DNA from: Puccinia triticina
Taxonomy: Eukaryota
Assembly (NCBI GenBank): GCA_026914245.1
Contig: CP110439.1
Location: 8,618,001-8,682,000 of the forward strand
Reading direction: 5' to 3'
Length of the DNA stretch: 64,000 bases
Shown here: positions 1 to 12,342 of the stretch, in pieces
Layout: each line of letters starts with the position of its first letter
Position numbering within the stretch: the first letter of the stretch is position 1
The notes under the pieces: generated by a model
What the model saw: the letters and a program-made list of their open reading frames with translations, nothing else
What the model was told of the DNA's origin: nothing
The model's database searches: none
Made by a program: the position numbers and the translations under genes

Positions 1-2295
1 ATCACTCACCTGAAGATATCACTCCAAACCACGAATTCCCGAGTCGCCCTCAACGCTCTGGATTCCAACGCCCCGAGCTCAGTCCTTCAACAAACATATC
101 CGATCCATTTTCAATAAATTATTTTTCGGCAGACGGTTTACGTCCTCTTCAGCTGGTGAAAACTGACTACCGATCTACGATTCTGGAGGATTGGACTTGG
201 GAAGCCTTTTCAATCGGTGTTGGTGCGGGAGCGGTAAGTTCATCCCCATCCAACTCCAATATTATTAGACTTAATCGGTGTGGCGACACCGGTGATTCTG
301 AAGCGCAATGGTTGAACTCTATTTCCAGATTCACATTATCTTGGCAGACCTCAACCACGGTAACAAAAAGCTGGTTCTATGCTTCGAAGTGTTTTTCTAC
401 TTTAGTAAGTTTTCATCAGATTGGAAAACAATTGACTCTTTCCAGATCAGCTGACATTCCGTTTTCTTAAGCAAACGTGATCTCGTTTTTGTGTAACATG
501 GGAATCATGTGTAAGCCTCAACATTTCCTTGTGATGACTTGGCAGCTACATCTTCAACTTACTCTCGCTGGGTTCAGTGATGCAATATATACGTGAACCA
601 CGGAGGCTCGGGAGTACATTCGATAGCGCTGAAAAAAGCCCATTTCTGCTACTGGTCCCAATCAATCTGTGAGCACCGCCTTCAACCCATACTATCCCTC
701 GAAACTGAAGAGAGTGATGCTTTGAAACGGGCAAATTCGACCCAAGAGCAACTGTTTGTATTGGTTCGTTCAGATATGGACTCGCATCAGGATGGCTGGA
801 GTGGGGCGGTGCGATTTGTTGGTTCCATTGTTATATCGTATTACTATTCAGGTAGGTCACTCCTATTCTTCAAAATACCAGCAAAGAGGAAATTCTGACT
901 CATTATAATGAGTTGGTCTCCTAGTGTGCTAGCACCACATTGTCTTGTGTGGTTCAAGATTCCGCATTTCCTAGACGAGTTGCAGCCAAATTTTTATCTT
1001 CTTCCAATGCCTATCCTCTTGACAGGAGTCATGGCTGTACACCTTTTGGATACCATGCCTGTGGAAAGTGGGGAATCTTTTCATACTCTGGTCACTGGGT
1101 ATCTTTTTGGAGGTTTCGGGATGGCATTGGCAATGTTTTACCTGGTAAGAAGGAATCCAGACCTCAAGTAACGTGAATTTCCTTGCTGATTGTCAAAAAT
1201 TCCAGTTTGCATACTTTTTGAGGTTGGTTCTCCATGGCCATAGTAACGGAGATCAGGTGGGTTGAATCGGCCTTCCTTTCAAAATGCTTCCTCAAGCTCT
1301 TCTGACAAGAGATATCGGAAATTATAGACAACCGGCTCAGTTCTTGTGGCGGGAATGCTAGGTGAGGATCCGCTTCTCTCCACTCTCCTCTTGCGCTTTT
1401 TACTGATAGTGATATCTATCAAACTTAAGGGTTTTCTGCACATGCAATGATTGGTTTGGGGAGAAACGCTAGAGTCATGTTTGTCAATGATCAAAGAAAA
1501 CACCCAGTTATTACAGGATTGAAAGAATTGATTACCCTTCGTTTATCCAGTTTCTCCGATTCTCATAACATAAAACTGAGCGACACCCTGGGGGAAGTTT
1601 GGTACGGCAGTGGACTCCTGATTGGTTTAATCATGCTAGGCCTGAGCATGGCTGTGCTCTTCATGGCCGTCACTAACTCATGGTGGAAAGCAGGTGAGCT
1701 TTTTTCTAAGACACGTTCGCCATACTTACGTGGAGATTAACTCGGACTTGCCAATTATCACATGGAAGCCCGAAACCCTCGACCGAACTTGACGCTTTGG
1801 ATGATAAGGTACTTCCGAAATTCACTTCTTCAATTGGTGCATTCTTTGGGACAATCAATTGATATAAAGAAATTTTCCTTCGGCTTCGATTCGATTACCA
1901 CTTGAAACAGCACTACTTGTTGTAGCTGGGCCATCACTAGCACTTGCAGCTCCCTCTACGATACGTTTGAGTCAACCTGGCTGCGAGTAGTCCAAATAGT
2001 TTTCGTGACCACCGGGATTACTTTCTTTCTGGCAATACTTCCGCTGATGATAATCAGATACTTCAAGAGAATTGGACGAACCCAGACTGTTTCACGCATG
2101 TTCCCACCCACTCGATTCGCTCCGCACGATATTGGCCACCCTCGCAACATGGGCCCACCGGAATTGGTGAATCACCATGCCAAGTTTACACAAAGAGTTC
2201 GCCCAAACTCCCACTTCGAGAGTCGTTCAAGCATCTCCAAGAATGCACCAGCTCGAAATTCAGTCCAAAGCCAAGAGACCTTGGTTAAGACCTAA
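1..2295 (+). CDS. Multi-exon integral membrane protein, 5' end outside the window, function unknown
   Basis: Chain of hydrophobic ORF segments (593-898, 908-1171, 1447-1740, 2005-2295) with GT/AG-like junctions such as GCG|GTAAGT near 233 and CAG|GTGAGC near 1693; several TM-like stretches. Exon boundaries not fully resolved. Confidence 0.5.
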
Positions 2296-2587
2296 GACTG
2301 AAGGGCATCCTGCTGGGCTCAGATTTGATTGTCCAATTGATCTCTTCTGCTTCAAGCAACACTTCTTGCAGGGGCTTCGTATAGCTGTCATTTAATTTGT
2401 AACAACAGCCCTGATGGGCGGATACAAACTCTTTTTGTGGCAAATGTACACCTTTGATCCAGACCCAACAAAATCTATAGATCAGCATACAGTATAAAGC
2501 CAGACTCTGAATAACATTATTAATAGTATTTATCCCAAAAAAACATTTGATTTAATTTAAATCTTGTCTCAGTCACAACATAATCTG

Positions 2588-2816
2588 CACTGCCAGCATA
2601 ATTAGCTGGGTTAAGGAGGGTTAAGGCTATCCCAGTTAAACTATGAACTCAGTCTCAACCAATTTAAACTTGGTTGATCTCAACTGATGAAATATAAATC
2701 CAAGGTACCCCCCTTGGATTTGTATTTCATTGGTCAATATCAGCCCATTTTAAATTGGTTGAGTGCATCCCAGTTAAACTGGGATGACTTCATCCCAGCC
2801 AATTATGCTAGCAGTG
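2588..2816. mobile_element. MITE with CACTG...CAGTG ends (CMC/CACTA-like)
   Basis: About 23-bp imperfect TIR: CACTGCCAGCATAATTAGCTGGG / CCCAGCCAATTATGCTAGCAGTG. No convincing TSD. Confidence 0.65.
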
Positions 2817-2971
2817 AGCTGGAATATAGGATTTGCTACATCTTGGAATTGAAGAAAAGCTTTGAGTTAAATTTTCTCCAAATTAATGTGAATTTTATTT
2901 GAATTAAGAAAGTTCCATAAACTTAAGCAGAAGAGGAATGAATAAGCAATATACATGAAGATTTGCAAGAG

Positions 2972-3140
2972 TAGTATATTAACAGTTTAACATTAAGCGG
3001 ACCGCCGCGCCCACCAACAAAAAAAATGGCAGCACTTCTCCCTTCCCCCACCCAAAAAAAAATTACAGGTACCAATGCACCTGGATCGCTTGGCTGTTTA
3101 AGCAATTGGCGCCAAGCAAGAGCCAAGCGATGACCAGCAA
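2972..3140 (+). repeat. Degenerate 5' portion of the Helitron family seen at 4991
   Basis: Shares GTTTAACATTAA and CTGGATCGCTTGGCT...TTTAAGCAATTGGCGCC...GCAAGAGCCAAGCGATGACC with 4991-5160. Confidence 0.7.
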
Positions 3141-3818
3141 TCATCGACTTGCTGCCTCCTTTTATACTTTTCCCGTATAATTCAATTCAACCCGGACTCT
3201 GTTAATTTAATTTCCTTTTCCCCTCCCACCTTCGCCCACATCCCCCTCCCCTTTTTCTTCCATTGTCGCCTTTCCACATGCAATCAATCACTTGAAAATG
3301 GTTACCTGAGATTCTTTTCAGAACTCTTAAAATCACCCCGAGCCATTTCCCTAGCCCTTCTCCAGGCTGACACCTTTTCCGGTGTGCCTCCGAGTCTTCC
3401 TGGACGCAATTGATCCCACAAAAAAGGGAAACTGAGTTTCATTTCAGAAATTGTGACTTTATTGCGCTTCTGGGAATGGATTCTTCCCCAATTTCCTCTG
3501 AGGTTGTGTCCAGGACAAGGTCTTCAACCATTTCTCCAATCCATAATAAGTAATCCATGTCCAGTTCAATGACCGCGAACTTTTTCCACCTCTTAACACT
3601 TTTTCCGGCATCCCTCTGAGCTTCCTCAGCAATATGACAAACAAAACTTCAGTTGACAGTATTGGAACTGCCGTAGCCGTCGAGCACGAGACAGCTGAAA
3701 ATAACGGTCATGTTGAAAATAACCTTATGGTGACCATGCGCCACCACGACTGGGATCCACAAGTACGGTTTCCCCCTGAGCCCATCTACATGAAATCACC
3801 CACAATGCATATTATTTA

Positions 3819-3994
3819 TGGTGTTCAAAGTTGGTTGCACAATTTTATGCATGCATAGATCATAAAATCATAAAAATATTTTGGTGAGGAAATTTTGTAT
3901 TACATAATCAGACAGTCATATCCCCTGCAAAAAAGATTTTATGATTTTATGATTTATGCATGCATAAAATTATGCAAACCAACTTTGAACACCA
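3819..3994. mobile_element. Hairpin MITE, GGTGTTCAAAG terminal family
   Basis: About 55-bp TIR: TGGTGTTCAAAGTTGGTTGCAC... / ...GCAAACCAACTTTGAACACCA. Flanked by TTA and TAA (TA or TWA target). Confidence 0.85.
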
Positions 3995-4990
3995 TAATTG
4001 CATACACTAATTTTGAAATTGTCCAAATTCGATTGGTCCAAAATTCCGCATCCCCGGTTGACGCAACATGGCCAATACCCATGTCCTCTTTCAAGTCAAC
4101 CGAGAATTTTCCCTGATTGGGTTTCTTTGTGACTGGGACATGGAGAATGGGATGCCAGTAGTCGAGGTTTGTCATAACAGATAAAATGAATAATGTATGT
4201 CTTCGGACTCAACTGATGATTTCATATTATCCCTCCCAGGTCCTTGCCCTCAGCTGGATTAATCCACCAAGCGGCAACCGCGGTGCCAGTCTTCCGCCCC
4301 CTCCAGGTGGGAACGGCAGTCCCGCAAGACCTGGAAGAGACCTGTAGGTTTAAGCAAATATTTTGGTCTTCTATCCTATTTGCCACGGTGCTTATGTATC
4401 TCGGATGTTGCGTACAGCGCCCGTTGGACTGGTAGCGCACGGGCTTCAGCATCCATCCCTCCCTTGCCAGTCGATGCTGAGCAACCAGTCGGGACATCGC
4501 AAATCCAAGTCAATGATGCTATGATTACCCCGACCGCATCTGAAGTCATGACTCATAGGTGCCGGCCCGGTCGACCGCTGTAACTCGCCAACGGACGGAA
4601 TCCAACTTACTGGCGAATGCATTCCGACATCCCAAAGAAGAGCTAAAGCTCCTGTCAGCGTTATCCCAAAACGCCGACGGGATGAGCAATAGGTGATTTG
4701 CGCATCTTGTCCGAGTTGGCTGGATCTGCCGACATTTAAAATGGCAATATTTTCACCTTTGCAATTCATTGTTATAATTATTAAATTGGCGACGCTTAGC
4801 TCCATCTACTTATCACCCTTTCCCCTCTCCATGTATGAGAATAACCTTCATCAGTAATACGTCTGCTTCTTTCCTAGGCCTTGAACCAAAGTTTTCCAGC
4901 CTTCTGTATCTGCTGATTTTCTCTCTTGGTTTTATTCTGAACTGTGGAATTCCTGCAGGCTAGGCTTCAGCCAACGTGCTGATTCTCCAA

Positions 4991-6364
4991 TCGTACATTA
5001 GCGGTTTAACATTAACGGGACCGACAGGCGCCCGCCAAAAACATTTTTGGCAGCATTCCTCCCTCTTTGCCATTACAACAACTAACTACAGGTCTAATCT
5101 GCCCTGGATCGCTTGGCTCTTTAAGCAATTGGCGCCGAGCAAGAGCCAAGCGATGACCTGAAACCATCTACAGGCCGTGTGCTTTTATAATGTGGCCCTC
5201 CCCCCATTGTCTGCATTGTACAAAGCGACTAGAACAGATGACAATTTTTTCATCATTTCCTTTTGCATTCCTTTAAGTCATGTTATGTCCGTGTTGCCTT
5301 CCACTTTTGTGGTGCGGAAGCTGTCAAAGACTGCCACCCACATTTCCTGGCCTACATTTTGCTAAGACTTCCTCAGAAAATGTCTTCAACCGGGAAACAA
5401 TTGCATCTCACTGCCTTAATTTCCTTGTGAAATCAAGTCCCTCCCCTCCAAAAATGGGAAACTCAGGTTGCCCTTGAAAAATAGTAATTTGCATGTGTTC
5501 CTGGTATTGGATCTTCCTCCAAGCCCTTCTGAGAAATCTTGCCTCACTCATCACGGGTATTAAAAAATTTGCCTTGCTTCTTTCCTTTTCCCCTCTCACT
5601 ACCAGCACCCCAATACGCCTTTGTCCTTTTGTGGACCATCAACCAATTTCACACTTCATGAAAATGCTCTCCCCTTCTTTCCTTCCCCCTCTCACTACCA
5701 GCGCCCCAATACTGGCTTTGTCCTTTTGCGGACCAACAACCAATTTCGCGCTTCATGACAATCCTCTCCCCAGAAAAACTCCCCCTCCCCCCTCCAACAT
5801 AAATAAAACGTCCAATACCCAATGATTTTCCCACCTTTCCAACAACGCAACATCTTGATTCATCTCCACCTGATGGCTTTCCCAACCCTCAGCGCTTCTA
5901 TCCCTCTATCCAACCTACTCCACATCTCTTCAAACAATGACTTCATCACTTATATCTACTCCCCAACAGGAGGTGCATCTCCAACGCCTTCTGCACACTT
6001 ATGTGATACTCTCTACAAAATCCTCCTCCGCCGTTCCAATGAGAGCCCTATTTTTGGGAATTTGAATAATGTAGTTGTCCTATTGAAGTCTCAAGTTTTT
6101 GCGCATGGTCACCTATATGTAGCTTTGTTGAGGGTGAAATGTCCAGAAAATTTGGTGGTTTTCCAAATTGGATTGTCTATGGAACTATTCAATGTGGTTG
6201 ACAGATTTGTGCTCCTTTAGATTTCTTGTGGTTTGATTATTAAGTTTTGGTCCATTTGTTGAACAGTTTTTTTCGTTTTGTTGTAGAAGGGTCCACAAAT
6301 TCTTTTCTGTTTTTACATACCCTTTTTTGTATCACAGGGCGGCGTAGCCGCCCTTAAACCCTAG
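4991..6364 (+). mobile_element. Non-autonomous Helitron
   Basis: Starts with TC after an A (4990). Ends with GC hairpin AGGGCGGC-GTA-GCCGCCCT (6336-6354), then CTAG (6361-6364) followed by T. No TSD. Internal ~100-bp duplication at about 5590-5760. Confidence 0.8.
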
Positions 6365-7756
6365 TACTATTTACCACTAGCGGTTTTACCAAACAATGGG
6401 CTGAAAATACCTTCATTGTAGTGCTTATAATATTTATTGATTCATGCTTTGGAAATTCTGGGTGCAAAGACTTAAAGCTTTCAGCCAACCAACAGACACA
6501 TGCAGTATGCCACTGAGTTGAAATACAACTTCAATTTATGCTTGGTACATAAGCAGAAAGAAAATGACAGGAAAACCCTGGAAAAACTCTGTAAATGGGG
6601 GTAGCCAAAAATCCAGAATCTTGCCAAAGTTCATATATTTTTGGAGCTCATTCATCTACTTTTTCTGCTAACCCTCAGTGGATTTGAAATTTTTTCATGG
6701 AATTTGGATGCCTAACATTTCTTCCAAGGCAGGAAGGGTGCAAACGAAATACAAGCTGGAGTGTTCTGACAAGGTGGGTAGCAAAAATAAGCCAAGGATT
6801 GAGGGGGGTTTCTGGGCTTTTCTTGTGGAATACCAGAAATTTCATACATTTGATTAGTCACTACCCTCTGTTAGATTATGAATACCCTGGATCTGATTAT
6901 GAATACACAGCAACTGGATTCAATTCTCACCAGCATCTGAAAAAGTACCGGTAACAACCCTAACCACCTTTTCCACTGTTATTAGAAGAGTTTCATGCAC
7001 AGCCAACCTTGCTGGTCTTTTCCTCACGTGTTTACATCATAATTAATCGTGAGGAAGAGACTAGTAAGCACATCAACATTCACTAACACCATCAAGATTC
7101 CTGATTATCCAAACTAACCTAAACTTTCTTTATCCCTGTTCTACTTCTCTTATTTTCCTTCCCTAAAAACATAGACATAAACCTCTCTTGCGCGCGCCCC
7201 TCACTATCATCACCCAAAATCAATATCAAACATAAATAGCCCCTGCGTCATTGCAGGTATGTTTTGTTTTTTCTCTCAATAATGTACATACCGTTGATCT
7301 AATATTTGCTTCTCTATTTTTGTTATCTTCTTCAACCTTTTTCTTTCAGGTGTGTTGCTGGAGTCATAAGTCTTTTCAGGTTGTTGCTGTTTGCTCAGAT
7401 TCAAAACATTGTCATCTTAGGCACTTTGTCTGATCTCAAAACTTACACCCTCCCTTAACCATGTGTTACCTTAAAAGCTTTGTAAGTTGCTTTTGAGATT
7501 TCTGGCACTGCCTAATTCAGGCATCTTCAGAGTGCTGTCCTCAAAGTGAGGAACGAGTGAACTTAGGGCCTGTGCCTTGGCAGGTTGAGGAACTTTTTTT
7601 TGGGTGGAGGACAAGCATTCCATCAAAAAACAGGTTTCCCCTAAAAATGTGTGCCAATGTGCTTTTTTGTGATAACCAGCAGTTTATGAAAACAAACAAT
7701 TCCCAAAAACAGGTCTGACCCTATGCCACCTTTCCAGACCAATACAATGCAGGGGT

Positions 7757-7949
7757 TAGGGATGCTAATTGGGCAGGTTTGACCACGGGCCACCTACGGG
7801 CCACTTTTGTGCCAATTAAGATTTCAGGACAGAGACCAGTTAAGTAAAGCCCCGGGTGGTCAGAGGATTGGCCTCACCAAGGGGCCCGCTCAAATTATGT
7901 CTCAATAGCCTTGCCAGGGTGAAGCCGGGCAGCCCGATTGTCATCCCTA
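7757..7949. mobile_element. hAT-type MITE
   Basis: TIR TAGGGATGCTAATTGGGC / GCCCGATTGTCATCCCTA; perfect 8-bp TSD GCAGGGGT (7749-7756, 7950-7957). Confidence 0.9.
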
Positions 7950-9969
7950 GCAGGGGTCCTTCTCTCCTTGACAAATACATACAACAATGGGACTATACTA
8001 TACTCCAAAATAACCAGGCCTTTCTGGTATAGTATAGGTCTGGTTGTACCACTTTATACTAATAACTGGACTAGTATTGGACCTTGCGGCAAGTGGCCTG
8101 TATATTGTTTTTTTTTTTGAAACAAAAAATACAGGTATAGTAACTTTTTTTGCCCCTGGTTACCGTGATAATGTGCTTAACCAGGTGTAAAAATCAGGCA
8201 ATGACATGTGGACTCCTGATGATTGTACAGGCAAACCATGCCACCTACCTGGTGCTTAGGAACACCGGGTAGCTCTTGTTCTGTTGAAAGATTGTGCTCT
8301 GCGGTTGCAGAAGTGTGTAGCTCCATACATGGTTTTGCCTTCAACCATTTCACAATCCATCAGCAGCCTTATTTGCATTTGTGAGGATTTTCCCCTCTCA
8401 GGGGACTTTGCTGAGGCTGGAAAGGCTTTGGGTGCTCTGATCCCCAAGCCCAAGAAATAGATAGATTTTCATCCCTGCTAATTATTGGCACTGGCCACAT
8501 CTGGCCAGTATAGTATTGAGATTTCTTTTCTTCCTTCATTTGGATATAGTATGTCCCAAAAAAAAAATCTCATGTAATTGGATATAGTATTAAAAATCCA
8601 TTACGGAAAATGAAAATAACAGTAACGTTATTGGACAAAAAAAAATACAATAACAATAATATACCAATATCTGTATAGTAAAGGCCCATTTTTGATACAT
8701 ACAACACATCTCAACTTGAGGAACAAAACCCATTTGTCCCTTTATCCTATCTGACTGATATGTTTCATGAGTGGAAATCTCTCCATCTTTCTCTGCAATC
8801 AATTCAACTAGATTGGAATGGGAGGAAGGAGGGTATTCTGTTCCTTCTCCTTCCACCACTACTATGGATTGGTCTTGTAACAGATCTATCTTCTTTGGAC
8901 TGGCCTGTTATATCAGTACAAGAAGAATGCTCAACTTTTTCTTCTCCAAACAATACAGCAAGATTGGTCTAAGAGGAAGGGAGAGGGTTAGACCTCCTTC
9001 CTTTTACTCTTGGACCAATAAACATAATTCATTTGTCATAATTGCACTGCTGATTTGAAATTTCTGTTTTGCTGAGATGGATGAGAGCTTGTTTCCTGGG
9101 GCATCCCTCACACCCAGGGTTCACACACAGTTTTGTGCACCGGGCCAGCCTGTGCCTTGTTTCAAGTTTCAGCCAGACAATTGTAGGTGTCTCAAATGTT
9201 TCACCAACATGGGGTTCACGGATGATAGCAATTTAGCCTCCAACATCCCTTGGAAGGAGGGACTTGCACGCTATTGCCCCATTTTGCAGAGCCAAGATTC
9301 TGAGTTTGGCTGGGAGAGAATTTTGAAGCATTACAATTTCTTGCCCTCATTACTTTATTTAGAATAAAATAGCTCAGGTTGTAGGCCTTATTTTTGCCAT
9401 CCAACCTATACAACCTGATGTGGTTCAAGAAAATCCTGCCCACAGAAATTCCACAGAAATCCACAAACAGCTGGATTTACAAGCAGGGGTTAACATGACC
9501 GCTGCACTTTGCAGCTTGTGTGCACAATTGTGAGCTTAACTAAGCCTCTCAATCGGAGGGTTGGGGGGGCCCAACCCCGCGTCCCAAAGGGACGCTCTCC
9601 AAAGGAGAGGCTTACTTGTAAAGTCGGACCCGCGGCCTGAGGACAGTCAAATTTTGGCAGGGAAATGATAAAAAATAAACTCAGCACAAAGTTAAAAATA
9701 AATAAATGAACTCTCTTCAATGCCTTTTGGCACAGTTGTAGCTGCCCATCTTGGGCATCTACTAGATTTTTTTGGGGGAAATTTGGCCATAAATGGCCTG
9801 CTCAGCAGCTATTTTTGCAAGGGCACTTACACATTTGGGAAATTAGATTTTGATGACCCGCCGGATTCTGATCAGGGAGACTCCCACAGCTCTTGAAGTA
9901 TTAAATTGTATATTTAATGAAATATGTACATATTTGCAATTGGTGGCGCTTAGGGCTTATGATGTATGC

Positions 9970-10820
9970 TGTCAGCTCCCGTCTCTTATGTGACGAGGGG
10001 CTGATGGGTTTTGGATTACGTGCTGTAGCGGCTTGGGCAGCGGCCAGCGAAAACAGGGCCGCACTATAGCTATTACAGCCAGTGGGAATAAACCACACCT
10101 TGACGCTGAATAGCGGAGGGGCTAGCTCCCTTACAAAAGTAAGGGGACGCGGCGATGACTCAAGCCAGGCGCCGTAGCTTCAAACAAAAGAGAGGTTATT
10201 TTCTAGGTTACATGTGTGATAACAATCACCTGTACCTAGAAATTACACGAGTTGAGGTCGAAGGAGCTGTAAAGGAAAAGATAGGGTTAGTTGATTATTG
10301 AAAACCCCACTCACTATTGTTTTATAGTAAGGTTGGCGGGTTTGTATGTGTAATAATCTTGGGGGGAAATCTCTCCAGGGGAAAGATCCCCCCTTTTATA
10401 TTACAGGATCAGCTCCCTCCTTCGAGTCAAGGTCCTGAGGGATCCTTAACTCCAAGGAGGAGTGAACACGGAATTCAGAAGGGGGTTTACATAAATATGT
10501 ATGTAATCACCCTAATTGTAAATATATTAAGCTTAATCAGGATAAATACACAGAGAGATAAGATTATCTCTCTCTGTATAAACAGATATGTAATCAATGT
10601 GAAATAAGATTAATTACATACTCAAAAGAGTGTAAAATAGGTACTAAATACATAATAATAGTACATTGAAATAAAAGGTACATAATTCATGTAATGACAG
10701 GGAATTGAACTCTTGACTTTATGTACATGATTCAAGCATTAAAGAAGTCTTTAACCATTAGGCTATAAGACATATACTCTGCATTGTAGACACATGGACT
10801 TAGTGTCTCAGTGTCTGACA
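9970..10820 (-). repeat. 3' LTR of the Gypsy element
   Basis: Direct repeat of 21856-22821 minus the MITE insertion; TG...CA ends. Confidence 0.97.
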
Positions 10821-10838
10821 TTCGCCCCCACCAAAAAA
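10821..10838 (-). promoter_or_regulatory. Polypurine-tract-like element
   Basis: Minus strand TTTTTTGGTGGGGGCGAA immediately before the 3' LTR. Confidence 0.7.
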
Positions 10839-10845
10839 TTACTCT

Positions 10846-12342
10846 TTAAGAGGAATTTTTAGATCTTTTGGAAGCTCTGAACTGCCTAAGCAAGACTTGG
10901 CTGTTGTTAATATTTTCAGGTTCTAGCCATAGATCTTCATCTGGCTGGCTATTTTTGAACCTTACTAAAAACAACTTGCAATCCTTTCCTTGCTTCCTTA
11001 CAGTCTTCTCTTTTAAAATTTTGAGGGGCAATTTTGAACCTTGGTCCACTTTGATTGGTGGAACAATTGGTACTGTAGAAGTTCTTACAGAGTTCTCATC
11101 AGGGTCAATGTACTTTTTACATAAGCTAATTGGAAAAGTAGGGTGTCTCTGATTAAATTCTTCAGACAAGATAACTTCTACAGCATTTCTTCCATGAAAG
11201 CTTTTAATAACAAAAGGGCCAATAAAAGCATCTTTCAACTTCCTTGGTCCCCCCAGGTTGTTAAAGTTTACAGTTGAGATAAGAACCCTGTCTCCTATTT
11301 CCAGGTTATGGTCTCTATGGGTTTTATCCCAGCGCTCTTTGTTGTACTCAGTTGCTTCTTTAACACATGTAGCTGCTTGTTCTCCTGCTTGAAACATCAT
11401 TTTTTGGAAACATTCAGAGCTAGGGTGTAAAGCAATGGTTTTAGAGAGCAAGAAATCCTTAGGCATATTTGGGATCCAACCTCTTTCAAGTTCAAAAGGA
11501 GAGATTCCTGTTGTGGAATGTTTGCTTGAATTATAAGAAAATTCTAGAGCAGGCAAAAGGGATACCCAGTCATGTGTGTATCCATCACTGGTCTTGAAGT
11601 CTACTCCATAGGCACAATATCTCCTGATCATATCCTCTAAAGTTTGGATCATTCTTTCAGCCAAACCATCTGTTTGAGGGTGGTAAGCAGTTGAAAATGC
11701 CAATTTGGTTCCAAGGATTTCAAATAAATTTTGCCAGAAATCTGACGTAAATTTTGGATCTCTGTCACTAATAATTACTCTAGGGCAACCAACATCACTA
11801 ACAATGTTGTTCCAGAAAACCAAAGCTATGTCCATAGCACTACTGTCCTTATAACATGGTAAGAATCTGGCTCTTTTGGAGAATCTGTCACAAACTACCA
11901 ATACAGCATTATAGCTTTCGGATCCTGCAGGGGGAAGTGCTGTAACAAAGTCCATGTTAATGACTTCCCATCTTCCTTTAGGTTCTTCAATAGTTTGTAA
12001 AAGACCAAGTTTCTTACCTGTAGACCTATTTGCTTTCTGGCATCTGTCACAGGAGTCACAGTACTGAGATACTTGGTTTCGCCATTCAGGCCACCAAGCT
12101 AAACCTTGTACTCTGTTGATGGTTCTTTCCTTGGAAAAGTGCCCAGCAGTAATGCTGTCATGACATTCATTCAAAATAATACTCTTGTGATCATCTGATA
12201 TGAGTACTACTGAAGAATTGTGTTCTCTTCTGTGGTACAATAAACCATCTAAGAGTACAAATCTTTCTTCTAAAAAATGCTTCCTCCAAAGTCCCTCAAG
12301 TTTCTCCACAAGACCTTGATCTGAATGTTTGGATCTAAGCAA
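10846..12342 (-). pseudogene. Gypsy pol C-terminal part: integrase plus chromodomain (frameshifted relative to RT-RH)
   Basis: HHCC motif (CHDSITAGH...CDRC), DDE core (INMDFV, IISDRD, AERM), GPF motif and C-terminal chromodomain-like FLVRFKN...DLWLEPENI. Confidence 0.95.

Noticed and set aside
6977..7450. Possible solo LTR starting TGTTATTAG
   Set aside because: No matching CA end with a target-site duplication could be found.
10317..10607. 96-aa ORF repeated at 22203-22493
   Set aside because: Repeated only because it lies in the LTRs; no coding features.
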